DNA of 64,000 bases from an uncultured delta proteobacterium (GTDB lineage Bacteria > Desulfobacterota > Syntrophobacteria > Syntrophobacterales > Syntrophobacteraceae), in assembly GCA_963802715.1 (NCBI GenBank), contig CAWDJT010000041.1, positions 5,540-69,539 of the forward strand, written 5' to 3'. Of this stretch, positions 1-9,952 are shown piece by piece. Within the stretch, counting starts at the first letter, position 1. Each line of letters starts with the position of its first letter. A model generated the notes under the pieces. It ran no database searches, was not told where the DNA came from, and saw only the letters and a program-made list of their open reading frames with translations. Position numbers and translations under genes: made by a program.

Positions 1-143
1 ACAATTTGACATAGATTTGTGGAGATTTGATGGCAAACCTATGAATATTCCATGGCCTTTACCAAGGCGCTCAAGAAAGGCTGCAAGCTGCAGGCCTCAG
101 GCTTCAGAGCGGAAATACCGGGTCGGGTAACTGAGGAGCCACC

Positions 144-689
144 ATGTCCAACAAGCCGAAACAAACCAGGATTGTCAGCAGCACTCCGGGCAGGACCCGG
201 ATCAAGGTGTCGCCCAAGCGTCGCACCGAGCAGGAGATGCAACGGATCGCTGCCGCTCTGGAGCAACGCACCGGTGCCACCGCGGCCTGCACCAACATCC
301 GGACCGGCAGTATCCTGGTGCGCCATCCCAGCACCGGGTTGAACGCCGTCCTTGACACCCTCCGGGACCTGGGGGTGATCGTCGGGAGCGCGGCCGGCAT
401 CCCCATCCCCGTGGCTGACGACCGGACCAGGTTGACCTCCAGCCTGGCGGGCGCGGTGGTGAATCTGAACCGACGGGTGGAGACCGCCACCCGCGGCCTG
501 GTCGATTTGCGCCTGCTGGTGCCGGTGGGATTCGGGGCGCTGGCGGTTCTGCAGTTGCTGCGGCGCGGGTTCCAGTTCGAAGCCGCACCCTGGTACGTAC
601 TGGCCTACGTGGCTTTCGACAGCTATTCCCGGCTCCACCCCACCGCCGACGTCGAGATTCGGGCAGCGCCTGTTGCGCAAAGCTCTTGA
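144..689 (+). CDS. HMA2-like small membrane-anchored protein
   Basis: 181-aa ORF. The N-terminus IVSSTPGRTRIKV resembles the PGRxRxxV signature of HMA2-domain proteins that accompany cation transporters (recalled from memory). Hydrophobic C-terminal segments (LLVPVGFGALAVLQLL, WYVLAYVAF). Confidence 0.45.
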   Translation: MSNKPKQTRIVSSTPGRTRIKVSPKRRTEQEMQRIAAALEQRTGATAACTNIRTGSILVRHPSTGLNAVLDTLRDLGVIVGSAAGIPIPVADDRTRLTSSLAGAVVNLNRRVETATRGLVDLRLLVPVGFGALAVLQLLRRGFQFEAAPWYVLAYVAFDSYSRLHPTADVEIRAAPVAQSS

Positions 690-779
690 GCCGATTCCGG
701 ATGTGAATGGAAAGAGTCTATTTCCTTGAGCTCGCCAATTGCAGGGTCGCGCGTGCTGAGCGTGCCCCGTGACCAATCA

Positions 780-2045
780 TCAGCCGACCACAAAGTGCGA
801 AACCACATAAGCGATGCTGATCAGACCCAGGGCAACCACGGATACCCAACACACGACATTGTAGATTCTTCCGTTGACGTACTTACCCATGAGGTTTCTA
901 TTGTTCACTAGAATCAGGATGATGACCAGGATGACGGGCAGCAGCAGGCCGTTGATCACCTGGGACCAGAACATGACTTGGACCAGCGACAGGCCGGGAA
1001 TCAGGATGGTCAGTGCACCCAGCACAATGATACCGGTATAGAGGACATAGAACTGCGGAGCGGTCTCGAAATCCTTGTCAACCCCCGATTCCCAACCCAG
1101 GGCCTCACAGATGGTGTAAGCGGTTGACAGGGGCAGGATGCTGGCTGCGAACAGCGAGGCATTGAGCAGCCCAATGGCAAACAAGGTACCGCTACCCTTG
1201 CCGGCCAGGGGTATCAGACCGCGGGCCGCATCCGCCGCGAACTCGATCCGCAGCCCCGACTTGTAAAGCGTAAGCGCGCATACCACAATGATGCATACCG
1301 CCACGGCGTTGACGACAATGCAGCCGAAGATGGTATCCAGCCTGGAGTATTTGTAGTCCTGGATGGAGATGTTCTTCTCCGCCACGGAAGCCTGCTGGTA
1401 GAATTGCATCCAGGGGGCAATGGTGGTCCCGATAACGCCTATGAGCATGGCCAGGTACGGACCGGAAAACTCCAGCTGGGGATGCACCATGGCTTGGCCG
1501 ATGACCTGCAAGTCAGGCTTGAGAAGCACGAAGGTGATGGGGTAAGCCAGGTAGAACAGGCAGGCGAACAGGAAGACTTTTTCCACCGACTTGTAACTGC
1601 CTTTCACCACCAGGAGCCAGACCAGCCCGGCACAGATGGGCACGGTCACCAGCCTGGGGAGGCCGAAGAGTTCCCCCGCCGAGGCAATACCGGCAAACTC
1701 GGCCATTACGTTGCCGAAGTTGGTGGCCAAGACCAGGAGCATCATATAGAAGGTGAACCTAACCCCGAACCGTTCCCGGATCATGTCGGAAAGCCCCTGC
1801 CCGGTCACGACCCCCATGCGATTGACCATTTCCTGAATCATGATCAACAGGATGGTGGTTGGCAGGATGACCCACAATATCTTCAGGCCGAAGTGGGCTC
1901 CAGCCTGGCTGTAGGTGGTCAATCCGCCGGCGTCGTTGTCCACGTTGGCGGTGATGATGCCCGGACCCACAACCGCCAGAAATATGGATATCCGCGTCCA
2001 CAGCGACCTGGGTCTTTGCCTTGCGATGGTTTTCTCAGGTGTCAT
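780..2045 (-). CDS. NRAMP/SLC11-family divalent cation transporter with an NRMT-like (Mg2+-type) binding-site variant
   Basis: Intact 421-aa polytopic ORF. TM1 reads GPGIITANVDNDAGGLTTYSQAGAHFG (canonical DPGN replaced by DAGG). TM6 reads GVIGTTIAPWMQFY (canonical A-x-x-MPH replaced by T-x-x-APW). Confidence 0.85.
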   Translation of the reverse strand: MTPEKTIARQRPRSLWTRISIFLAVVGPGIITANVDNDAGGLTTYSQAGAHFGLKILWVILPTTILLIMIQEMVNRMGVVTGQGLSDMIRERFGVRFTFYMMLLVLATNFGNVMAEFAGIASAGELFGLPRLVTVPICAGLVWLLVVKGSYKSVEKVFLFACLFYLAYPITFVLLKPDLQVIGQAMVHPQLEFSGPYLAMLIGVIGTTIAPWMQFYQQASVAEKNISIQDYKYSRLDTIFGCIVVNAVAVCIIVVCALTLYKSGLRIEFAADAARGLIPLAGKGSGTLFAIGLLNASLFAASILPLSTAYTICEALGWESGVDKDFETAPQFYVLYTGIIVLGALTILIPGLSLVQVMFWSQVINGLLLPVILVIILILVNNRNLMGKYVNGRIYNVVCWVSVVALGLISIAYVVSHFVVG

Positions 2046-3353
2046 GATCGATCAGCTCTGCAAGTTTGTGGTAGAGGCTCAGCAATTCATCGAAAGAGTG
2101 CTTGAAAGTGACCACACCCTCTACCTTGCCGTCGTCGTCGACTCACGGGCAGTGCTTTGAAATGATACTTGAGAAACAGGTTGGCAACGGTTTCCAAATC
2201 ATCGTCGGGTTTCAGCGTAGCCAGTCGTCGATTCATGACCTGATGCAACTCCTTGTCAGGATCCGCAACCAGGAGGTTTCTCAGCGACACCACGCCGGAC
2301 AAGGTCGATTGTTCATCGAGACAGTGGACATAGGTGATGAACTCAATCTCGTCAGCTTGTTCCCGGAGCATCTCCAGCGCCTGGGCCACGGTGTAGGTCT
2401 CCGGGCAGGAGAGAAAATCCACGGTCATCAGCGACGCCGCGGTTTCGGCCTCGGCTTGCACCAATGGCTCCAGCCGGGTCCGGTCTTCTTCCTCCATGGC
2501 GGCCATAATCGACTGCTGGGTGGCCTCCGGGAGCGTGTCGATAACATCCACGGCGGCGGCGGGTTCCATTTCTTCCAAAATGTCGGCAGCGACGGCGGCG
2601 TCGAGGTCGCGTAGAATGGCGGTCTGCACCTCGGGATCGGCTTCTTCCAGGGCCTCGGCAGCATCCTCCGCACTCATGGACTGAACCAGGCTGATGCGCT
2701 CGTCGCGATCCAGTTCTTCAAGGATGTCCGCCAGTTCCCCGGCATGCAGTTGCTTGATTTGTTCCTGCCTGAGCTGAACATGGATGGGGCCGGGAACACT
2801 CTCCGGCAGTGCTTGCACCAGTCTCCAGTCGATCAGTTCATCCTTGAGCTGCTTGTTCAAGAAGGATCTGGCCACGCGGCGCAGACGAACCTCCCAGCCC
2901 AACCGGCGGGTCAAGCCGGTAAACCCCACATCCACGGCATCCAAATAGGCAACGCCCGTGCCCGAGATGAGAATGCGAACGTCGTTGACGCGTTCCACCT
3001 TGGCGCCGTTGATGTCCACGATCTGCTTGTCGTAGAGGGTTTCTCGCACCATGAAATACCGTTTGGCAGGCAATGAAGCGGTGGATTCGTCCTCGATGAC
3101 AATAAACCGGTTGGCCCTCGCCAGACCCCAATAGATCAACGCTCCGCACCGGAAGGCAGCGTCTGGCACCGGCCTTGGTAACGATCAGCCCTTTGATTTC
3201 AGGACTCTTGTCATCCGGAATGGCGATCAGGTCCGTGACCTTACCGATAAGGTCATAATCAGGACCGTAAAGCTTCTTTCCCAGTAGGGCTGAGAGAAAG
3301 CAATAGGTTGACTTGGTGTCGTTTCCATTCGACAGAGGCAGCATGATGAGCAT
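2035..3353 (-). CDS. Soluble PRC-barrel / MgtE N-terminal domain / CBS-pair protein with no MgtE membrane domain; frame-disrupted as assembled
   Basis: ORFs 2838-3353 (PRC-barrel-like LIGKVTDLIAIPDDKSPEIKGLIV) and 2087-3169 (MgtE_N acidic helices LHAGELADILEELD..., then a CBS pair). The join needs a 1-nt change near the C4 run at 3126-3129. A second shift near 2145 restores the typical CBS end ALPV-VDDDGKVEGVVTF...IDHDT*, with its stop at 2035-2037 overlapping the NRAMP ATG. Confidence 0.7.
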
Positions 3354-3756
3354 CTCTCTCGGGCGGCAAATCGAGTGCTGTGAGCGAAAGGCCTGGGGCC
3401 TCTTGGTAAAGGCGAGATCGGCTCGGGGGAAGGGGATGGCAATCTAGCGGGGTCGACGGCAAACGGCGGCCCGGCATGTTGTCTTCTTGGCCCGAGCTTG
3501 GGGCTCTTCGCTGGCACTAGGACCGTCGTCCATTCTGATCGTCCTTCAATGTTGTTGGAAAGAAGTCATACTCTCAAGGCGCTATTCTCGCCAGCATGAT
3601 GCTCTCAGTCAAGGAAGAATTCTCCTTAATGCGTTTCGTTTGTAGGTCTTTCCTGTTACGATTGGGTGACGGTTGTGTCTCTCTATCGTCGGAACTGCGA
3701 AGGGAATGATGGTCTTGGCCCAAAAAAAGGCGCGGATTTTTCGATCCGGCGCCAAT

Positions 3757-3806
3757 TGTCACCATTCTGTAACATGTACCCCATGAAATTGTCACAGACC
3801 TGTGCT
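3757..3806 (+). promoter_or_regulatory. Candidate Pho boxes upstream of phoB
   Basis: TGTCACcattcTGTAAC (3757-3773) and TGTCACagaccTGTGCT (3790-3806). Hexamers repeat with an 11-bp period and the two boxes are 33 bp apart (in phase), 39 bp upstream of the phoB ATG. This resembles the E. coli CTGTCAT-N4-CTGTCAT architecture. Confidence 0.55.
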
Positions 3807-3844
3807 CCATTGATATACCCCTGAAAACGCATGGAGAAGAGAGC

Positions 3845-4528
3845 ATGGCGAAGGCAACTGTTCTGGTTGTGGAAGACGACCGAGACATCTTGGAGCTTTT
3901 GTCCTACACGATTCGCGGTGCCGGCTTCGATGTGGTGACCGCCGAGGATGGTCTCGAGGCATTGGTTAAGGCCAGGCTTCACCGTCCGGTGATCATGGTC
4001 CTGGATTTGATGCTTCCAGGAATGGACGGTTTTGATGTGTGTCGAGAACTCAAGCGAGGGGCCGAAACCGCTGCCATTCCGGTGATCATTCTGACGGCGC
4101 GGGGCGAAGAAGTGGATCGGATTGTGGGTTTGGAGTTGGGTGCCGATGACTACGTAGTGAAGCCCTTCAGTCCCAGGGAAGTTCTCCTGCGGATACGGGC
4201 CGTTTTACGGCGGACGGCGACACCGGAAAAGCCTCCCGCAACCTGGGAGGAGGAAGGGTTCGAGGTGGATTTTGAGGCGCATCGGGTCAGGATCAGCGGC
4301 GATCCCGTCGATTTGACCGTCACCGAATTCAAACTGTTGGCGCAACTGATTCGCAGCCGTGGCAAAGTGCAGACTCGCGACGAACTCCTGGACAAAGTCT
4401 GGGGATACCAATTCGATGGCTATGCTCGAACGGTGGATACCCATGTACGTCGTTTGCGACAAAAACTGGGACAGTTTGCTGAACGCGTGGAGACGGTCCG
4501 CGGTGTTGGTTATCGATTTCGGGAGTAG
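3845..4528 (+). CDS. phoB: OmpR/PhoB-family phosphate response regulator
   Basis: 227 aa. Receiver domain (VLVVEDD...DLMLPGMDG) plus winged-helix output (LTVTEFKLL...VRGVGYRF). First gene of the phoR/pstB/phoU unit. Confidence 0.85.
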   Translation: MAKATVLVVEDDRDILELLSYTIRGAGFDVVTAEDGLEALVKARLHRPVIMVLDLMLPGMDGFDVCRELKRGAETAAIPVIILTARGEEVDRIVGLELGADDYVVKPFSPREVLLRIRAVLRRTATPEKPPATWEEEGFEVDFEAHRVRISGDPVDLTVTEFKLLAQLIRSRGKVQTRDELLDKVWGYQFDGYARTVDTHVRRLRQKLGQFAERVETVRGVGYRFRE

Positions 4529-4531
4529 GCC

Positions 4532-6367
4532 ATGATGAAACTCTCCTTTCGGTTTCGGCTGTTGGTTACGTTTTGGACCGTGCTCATCCTTGCTCAATGG
4601 TTGCCCATCCAGTACTACCACCACAGTCTGCGTCGAGATATCCTCGACGAGGAACAGAACAGGGCCGTTAACCAGCTCCAGTTGGTCCATTGGCTCCTCG
4701 GCCGGCAGCAACGGTTTCCCAACCCGGAACAGTTCCATGATTGGCTTACGGAATTAGGAAAGCGGCTTAATGTCCGCATTACCTACATGGCTTCTGGTGG
4801 CCAGGTGATCGCCGATTCCCAAGTGCCTCTTGCCGACGTTGCCAACATGGAGAACCACGCAAACCGTCCGGAAATCATCGCAGCCCGCAGTCAGGACGTG
4901 GGGACCAGCATACGTTTCAGCGGCACGGTCGAGCAGGAGATGTTCTATGTGGCCAGAAGCGTGGACAACATCGACGCTGTCCCCAACGGGGTGGTGCGCT
5001 TGGCCATGCAGTTCTCTCCCATTCGGGAAAGGCTTGATCATCTGAGGCATGCGTTTTACGGCTTGATGGCTCTGATGTTCGTGGCCACCGCCGTGCTGAG
5101 CGATTTCCTGGCTCGGCGCCTGCGCCGTTCACTCGCCCCCCTCCGCAAGATTGCCGAAGCCATTGGTCAAGGAGACTACAGTCAGCGGGTTCGTGCGGTT
5201 TATTCGCGAGAGCTGATGCCCCTGGCGGATTCTTTCAACCGTATGGCGGAGCTCATCCAGACCCACGTCCACAGTATCACCACCCAGAAGCGGCAACTGG
5301 AAGCCATCCTGAACGGTATGCAAGAAGGCGTCATGCTGCTCGACTCCAACTGCCGGGTTCAAACCGTCAACCAGGCCCTGCGGAACATGGTCCCCAGCTT
5401 GACTCACATCACCGGTCGCCGCCCGCTCGAAGTGATCATGAGTCCGGAACTGCAGGAGGCCTGTGATCGAGTCCTGGCAGACGATACCGATGCCGGTACG
5501 GTTCACAGACTGCAAATCACCCTGGAATGGCAGCGCGTATACGACGTCAACATCGTGCGCGTCCAGGATCAGCGTGAGGGGCTTGGAGCCATCGTGGTCC
5601 TTCATGACATCAGTGAACTGAAACGCCTCGAAAAAGTCAGGAAGGATTTTGTGTCCAACGTCTCCCACGAGTTGCGTACGCCCCTGACATCCATCAAGGG
5701 ATATGGAGAAACGCTGCTCAGCGGTGGCGACCAGGATCCGGATACAATGCGGTCCTTCCTTCAGGTGATCCTCAAGAATGCCGACTACATGACCAGCATC
5801 ATCAACGACCTGTTGGAACTTGCCCGATTGGAAGCCAGACAGGAACCAATCCAATTAGCCAATGTCAAGCCGCTGGATGCCTTGAACGCCGCCTGGAAGC
5901 TGTGCGTTCCGATTGCCCAGGCGAAGAAGGTCCGCATGGAACACGATCTGAATGGCGAGGACCTCACGGTACGCGCCGATTTGGACCAACTGGTCCAGGT
6001 CTTTCGCAATCTCTTGGAGAACGCGGTGCGATACAGTCCTACCGGCGATGCAGTGATCGTGTCCCACGAAATCTCCGGCACCAGAGTGACCTTCAGTGTG
6101 CGCGACAGCGGGCCGGGTATCTCCTGGCAGGAACAACAACGGATTTTTGAGCGCTTCTACCGGGTTGAAAAACATCGTGGCAAGGATGGCGGGGGTACTG
6201 GTCTGGGGCTTGCCATCTGCCGTCACATCATTCAGAATCATGGTGGCCGGATTTGGGTGGAAAGCCTGACCGCGGGGGAAACCAGGGGCTCGACGTTCTA
6301 TTTCACCATTCCCACCGCGTTGCCCGAAGGGCAGGAAGAGCCCGACAAGTCATCGAATACGCTATAG
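4532..6367 (+). CDS. phoR: Phosphate-sensing histidine kinase PhoR-like
   Basis: 611 aa. N-terminal TM segment, HAMP and PAS regions, H-box FVSNVSHELRTPLTSI, and an ATPase domain with G-boxes (DSGPGI, GGTGLGLAI). Starts 4 nt after phoB. Confidence 0.85.
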   Translation: MMKLSFRFRLLVTFWTVLILAQWLPIQYYHHSLRRDILDEEQNRAVNQLQLVHWLLGRQQRFPNPEQFHDWLTELGKRLNVRITYMASGGQVIADSQVPLADVANMENHANRPEIIAARSQDVGTSIRFSGTVEQEMFYVARSVDNIDAVPNGVVRLAMQFSPIRERLDHLRHAFYGLMALMFVATAVLSDFLARRLRRSLAPLRKIAEAIGQGDYSQRVRAVYSRELMPLADSFNRMAELIQTHVHSITTQKRQLEAILNGMQEGVMLLDSNCRVQTVNQALRNMVPSLTHITGRRPLEVIMSPELQEACDRVLADDTDAGTVHRLQITLEWQRVYDVNIVRVQDQREGLGAIVVLHDISELKRLEKVRKDFVSNVSHELRTPLTSIKGYGETLLSGGDQDPDTMRSFLQVILKNADYMTSIINDLLELARLEARQEPIQLANVKPLDALNAAWKLCVPIAQAKKVRMEHDLNGEDLTVRADLDQLVQVFRNLLENAVRYSPTGDAVIVSHEISGTRVTFSVRDSGPGISWQEQQRIFERFYRVEKHRGKDGGGTGLGLAICRHIIQNHGGRIWVESLTAGETRGSTFYFTIPTALPEGQEEPDKSSNTL

Positions 6368-6471
6368 GCGACCAGGGAGTAACGAGCCAAGAAACTATCT
6401 TTAAACTCCCCTCCATGCTAGCCATACCATATCCAAGCAACGGGTCGGATTCGAATCAAAAGGACATCTGA

Positions 6472-7233
6472 ATGGACGAACCGGTAAAGATGAGAGCGAA
6501 CAGCCTGGATTTTTACTACGGCACGTTTCACGCGCTTCACGATATCTCCTTGGATCTTGTCCAAAACAAGGTGACGGCTTTGATTGGGCCTTCGGGATGC
6601 GGTAAGAGCACATTTCTCAGATGCCTTAACCGTATGAATGACCTCATTGTGAAAAGCCGTGTGGATGGGGAGGTTCTCCTGGACGGCATCAATATCTATG
6701 CCGATTCCGTGGATGTGGTCGAGCTGAGGCGCCGGGTGGGGATGGTGTTTCAAAAACCCAACCCCTTTCCCAAAACGATTTTTGAAAACGTTGCCTACGG
6801 CCTGCGCATCAATGGAGTCAAGGACAAGGAGTTCCTTGCCGAGCGGGTGGAAATGAGTCTCAAACAGGCTGCTCTCTGGGATGAGGTCCAAGAACGGCTT
6901 GACAAGTCGGCCTTGGATCTGTCCGGCGGTCAGCAGCAGCGCCTGTGTATTGCCCGCGCCCTGGCGGTGAAACCGGATGTGCTGCTTATGGATGAGCCGG
7001 CCTCGGCTCTTGATCCCATAGCTACCCAGAAAATTGAAGACCTCATTCAGGAGCTGAAGAAGAACTACACCATCGTCATTGTGACCCACAATATGCAGCA
7101 GGCAGCGCGCGTTTCCGATGTCACCGCCTTTTTCTATTTGGGCAAACTGGTGGAAGTGGACAAGACCGAGACGCTCTTCACTCGGCCCAAGTCCAAGCAA
7201 ACCGAGGACTATATTACCGGCCGCTTCGGCTAG
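6472..7233 (+). CDS. pstB: Phosphate ABC transporter ATP-binding protein
   Basis: 253 aa. Walker [13 protein letters not shown] signature LSGGQQQRL, Walker B LLMDEP, and the typical PstB C-terminus EDYITGRFG. Confidence 0.92.
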   Translation: MDEPVKMRANSLDFYYGTFHALHDISLDLVQNKVTALIGPSGCGKSTFLRCLNRMNDLIVKSRVDGEVLLDGINIYADSVDVVELRRRVGMVFQKPNPFPKTIFENVAYGLRINGVKDKEFLAERVEMSLKQAALWDEVQERLDKSALDLSGGQQQRLCIARALAVKPDVLLMDEPASALDPIATQKIEDLIQELKKNYTIVIVTHNMQQAARVSDVTAFFYLGKLVEVDKTETLFTRPKSKQTEDYITGRFG

Positions 7234-7243
7234 GATTCAGACG

Positions 7244-7900
7244 ATGGATAACCGCTTTCACCAGGAACAGGAACAACTCAGGCTGATCGTACTGAAGATG
7301 GGCGCACTCACCGAGAGAATAATGGGAAAGGCGCTCCGGGCTTTGTTCGACAGGAGCCTCGAGATGTCGGCGGAGGTGATCCAAGATGATCCGGAAATCA
7401 ATCACTTGGAGATGCAGATCGATCGACTGGTATTGAAGCTGCTGGCATTGGGCCAGCCCATGGCCGGCGACCTGCGTTTCATTATCGGGTGCATGCGGAT
7501 TGCCGTCGATCTCGAGAGGGTTGGCGATCAGGCCGTCAGCATCGCGCATCGGGCACGGTATCTGACCAATCGCCCGCCGCTGCCGCTCATCCCGGCCATG
7601 CACCAACTGGCTGAAACCGCCGTGGATATGCTGCGCATGGCCATGGATGCCTTCATCAACCACAACGTCGAGCGAGCCACGGATGTTTGCCACATGGACG
7701 ATAAGGCCGACCGGCTTAACGTCCAGGCCCTTCAGGATCTCATGGATTTTATGGTGAATGACACGCCGGCGATTAAGCGAGCTATGGAAACCATCATCGT
7801 GGCGCGCTGTCTCGAACGAGTTGCCGATCATGCCACCAATATCGCCGAAACCGTGTGTTTCGTTGCCGAGGGGGTCAACATCAAACACCAGTTCCCCTGA
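7244..7900 (+). CDS. phoU: Phosphate signalling regulator PhoU
   Basis: The longer ORF 7118-7900 overlaps pstB. The internal ATG at 7244 gives MDNRFHQEQEQL... with two PhoU repeats (ERVGDQA, ERVADHATNIAE). Confidence 0.88.
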   Translation: MDNRFHQEQEQLRLIVLKMGALTERIMGKALRALFDRSLEMSAEVIQDDPEINHLEMQIDRLVLKLLALGQPMAGDLRFIIGCMRIAVDLERVGDQAVSIAHRARYLTNRPPLPLIPAMHQLAETAVDMLRMAMDAFINHNVERATDVCHMDDKADRLNVQALQDLMDFMVNDTPAIKRAMETIIVARCLERVADHATNIAETVCFVAEGVNIKHQFP

Positions 7901-7932
7901 CACCTGCAAGCACGTCGATTGGCGTCGAGCTT

Positions 7933-8859
7933 TCAGCGGCGTTGCAGTCGAGCGCGATAAAAGATGGCCAGCAAATTCATCCCCAGCACCAGAACGATCA
8001 ACACCAGCGCGCTTCCGTACTGAAGCGGCCGGGTGAGTTCGATCTGGGTCCCCGCAGTGGCCAACACATAGATATGGTAGGGAAGCGCCATCACCTGATC
8101 AAACACCGAATCCGGCAGATGCGGAGTGAAGAACACCGCCGCGGTAAACATGATGGCCGCGGTTTCCCCGGCGGCGCGGCTGATGCCAAGGATGGCGCCG
8201 GTAAGCATGCCGGGCAGGGCCGCAGGCAGGACCACCCGATAGATGGTTTGCCACTTGGTGGCGCCCAGGGCCAAGGACGCTTCCCGATAGGTGGCGGGAA
8301 CCGAACGCAGCGCTTCCTCGGCCGTGCCGATGATTACGGGGAGAATCAGGGCCGCCAATGTCAATGCACCCGATAGGATGCTCACTCCGAATTTGCACCA
8401 AATGACAAAGAAAGCCAGTCCGAATAGGCCGAAGACCACGGAGGGAACTCCGGCGAGGTTGTTGATGCCCAGACGGATCGCACGCATAACCGGGCCCGGC
8501 TGCGCATACTCCTGGAGATAAATGGCCGATGCGACTCCCAGCGGAAAGGCCACCAGCATGGCACCAAAGCTCAAATAGAACGTGCCGACGATGCAGGGAA
8601 GAATCCCTCCCTGGGTCATGGAGTTGATGGGTGGCTGACTCAGGAAGGTCCAGTTGATGGCACGCCAGCCGTTGTATACCAGAAAAAAGACCACTGTGAG
8701 TAAGGCCAGACCGTTGATCACCGCTGCCAGACGAAAGGAAGCGAAGGCTATCCTCTGAAAGGCACGCCGGCGGGTCATGAGACGGCCGGGAGATGCAATC
8801 GTGTTGACGTCCGTCAGATCGCTCTTCCTCAAGGTGGCTATGTTGGGTTCAATTTCCAT
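7933..8859 (-). CDS. pstA: Phosphate ABC transporter permease PstA
   Basis: Intact 308-aa ORF with the EAA-loop region ALRSVPATYREASLALGATKWQTI. Lies directly downstream of pstC. Confidence 0.88.
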   Translation of the reverse strand: MEIEPNIATLRKSDLTDVNTIASPGRLMTRRRAFQRIAFASFRLAAVINGLALLTVVFFLVYNGWRAINWTFLSQPPINSMTQGGILPCIVGTFYLSFGAMLVAFPLGVASAIYLQEYAQPGPVMRAIRLGINNLAGVPSVVFGLFGLAFFVIWCKFGVSILSGALTLAALILPVIIGTAEEALRSVPATYREASLALGATKWQTIYRVVLPAALPGMLTGAILGISRAAGETAAIMFTAAVFFTPHLPDSVFDQVMALPYHIYVLATAGTQIELTRPLQYGSALVLIVLVLGMNLLAIFYRARLQRR

Positions 8860-9038
8860 GGGGACCTAGTTCTTCCTGTGGAAGAAGGAGTGAGAACTGA
8901 AACTCGCAGCCAGCTACGTCACCCCCAGCGGCCAGTTGATCACCGGATCCCGCTCCCCGGAATGACGGTTTCAGGCCACCCTGGCTCGGCACTTGATATC
9001 GCAAGTCTGCACCAGCTATAGGAGCCTCGGGGATGTCT

Positions 9039-9943
9039 TCATAGGGTGGCCGCCCCCACCTGCTCATGCTTGTGCGCGATGTAATCGGCAATAAGATTGA
9101 AGGCCAGGGTGAAGAGAAACAGCAACACACCGGTGGCGAACAACGCATGATAGTGGTCTCCGCGGAAGGGCGCTTCAGCCATTTCAGCGGCAATGCTTGC
9201 CGGCATGGGACGTACCGGATCAAACAGCGATTTGGGAACCAGCGCCGCACCACCCGCAACCATCAACACCACCATGGTTTCCCCGATAGCTCGGGACATT
9301 CCCAATATGACAGCCGTGCTGATTCCTGATAGTGAAGCGGGAATAACCACGCGAAACACCGTCTCCCAGTGGGTGGCACCCAAGGCCAGCGATGCTTCCT
9401 TCAGTTCCCGCGGCACGCTGTGGATGGCATCTTCCGAAATGCTGCAGATCGTTGGTACTGCCATGAATGCGAGCATGAGCGACGCATTGAAGAGGTTCAA
9501 ACCGGTGGGTATATCGAAGGTATTCTGCAGGAACGGTGCGACCACCACCATTCCGAAAAAACCGATTACCACCGACGGCAGGGCTGCCAGCAATTCCACC
9601 ATCGGCTTCACGACTTCCCGAACCCGCGCCGATGCAATTTCCGCCAGATAGACCGCGGTCATCACCCCCAAGCGGAATAGAAAGCATCGCTGAGAGAAAC
9701 CGTCACCGCCAAAGATGCCGCTAGCAGTGGGAAGATACCGAAGTCAGGTGGATCCGAGGTCGGGTACCAGAGCCGCCCAAAAACGAATTTGAACACTGAA
9801 ACCCGCTGGAAAATCGGTATCCCCTCGACGAACAAGAACACCATGATCATGGCTAGAATCGCAATGGAAGCCAGCGCTATTAGAAAGAACGCGGCTCGGA
9901 TGACCTGTTCCTTACTCTGTCGAGGTGTCATCATGGTCTCCAC
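9039..9943 (-). CDS. pstC: Phosphate ABC transporter permease PstC; frame-disrupted as assembled
   Basis: N-terminal ORF 9662-9943 and C-terminal ORF 9039-9671. Two compensating shifts, one in a T run (~9705) and one in the C5/G5 run at 9666-9670, restore ...VTV-LSAMLSIPLG-VMTAVYLAEIA.... EAA loop SVPRELKEASLALGATHWETV. Confidence 0.85.
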
Positions 9944-9952
9944 CCGGATATA

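Noticed and set aside
39-776. Long antisense or overlapping ORFs throughout the track, for example 39-776(-), 1404-2105(+), 5129-5854(-), 6418-7200(-), 7214-7909(-), 25689-26993(+), 38971-39591(+), 56091-56645(-), 57481-58170(-) and 60779-61483(-).
   Set aside because: Each lies opposite or out of frame to a gene with clear family motifs. They have Arg/Gly/Pro-rich, low-complexity translations and no RBS. These are typical shadow ORFs of GC-rich DNA.
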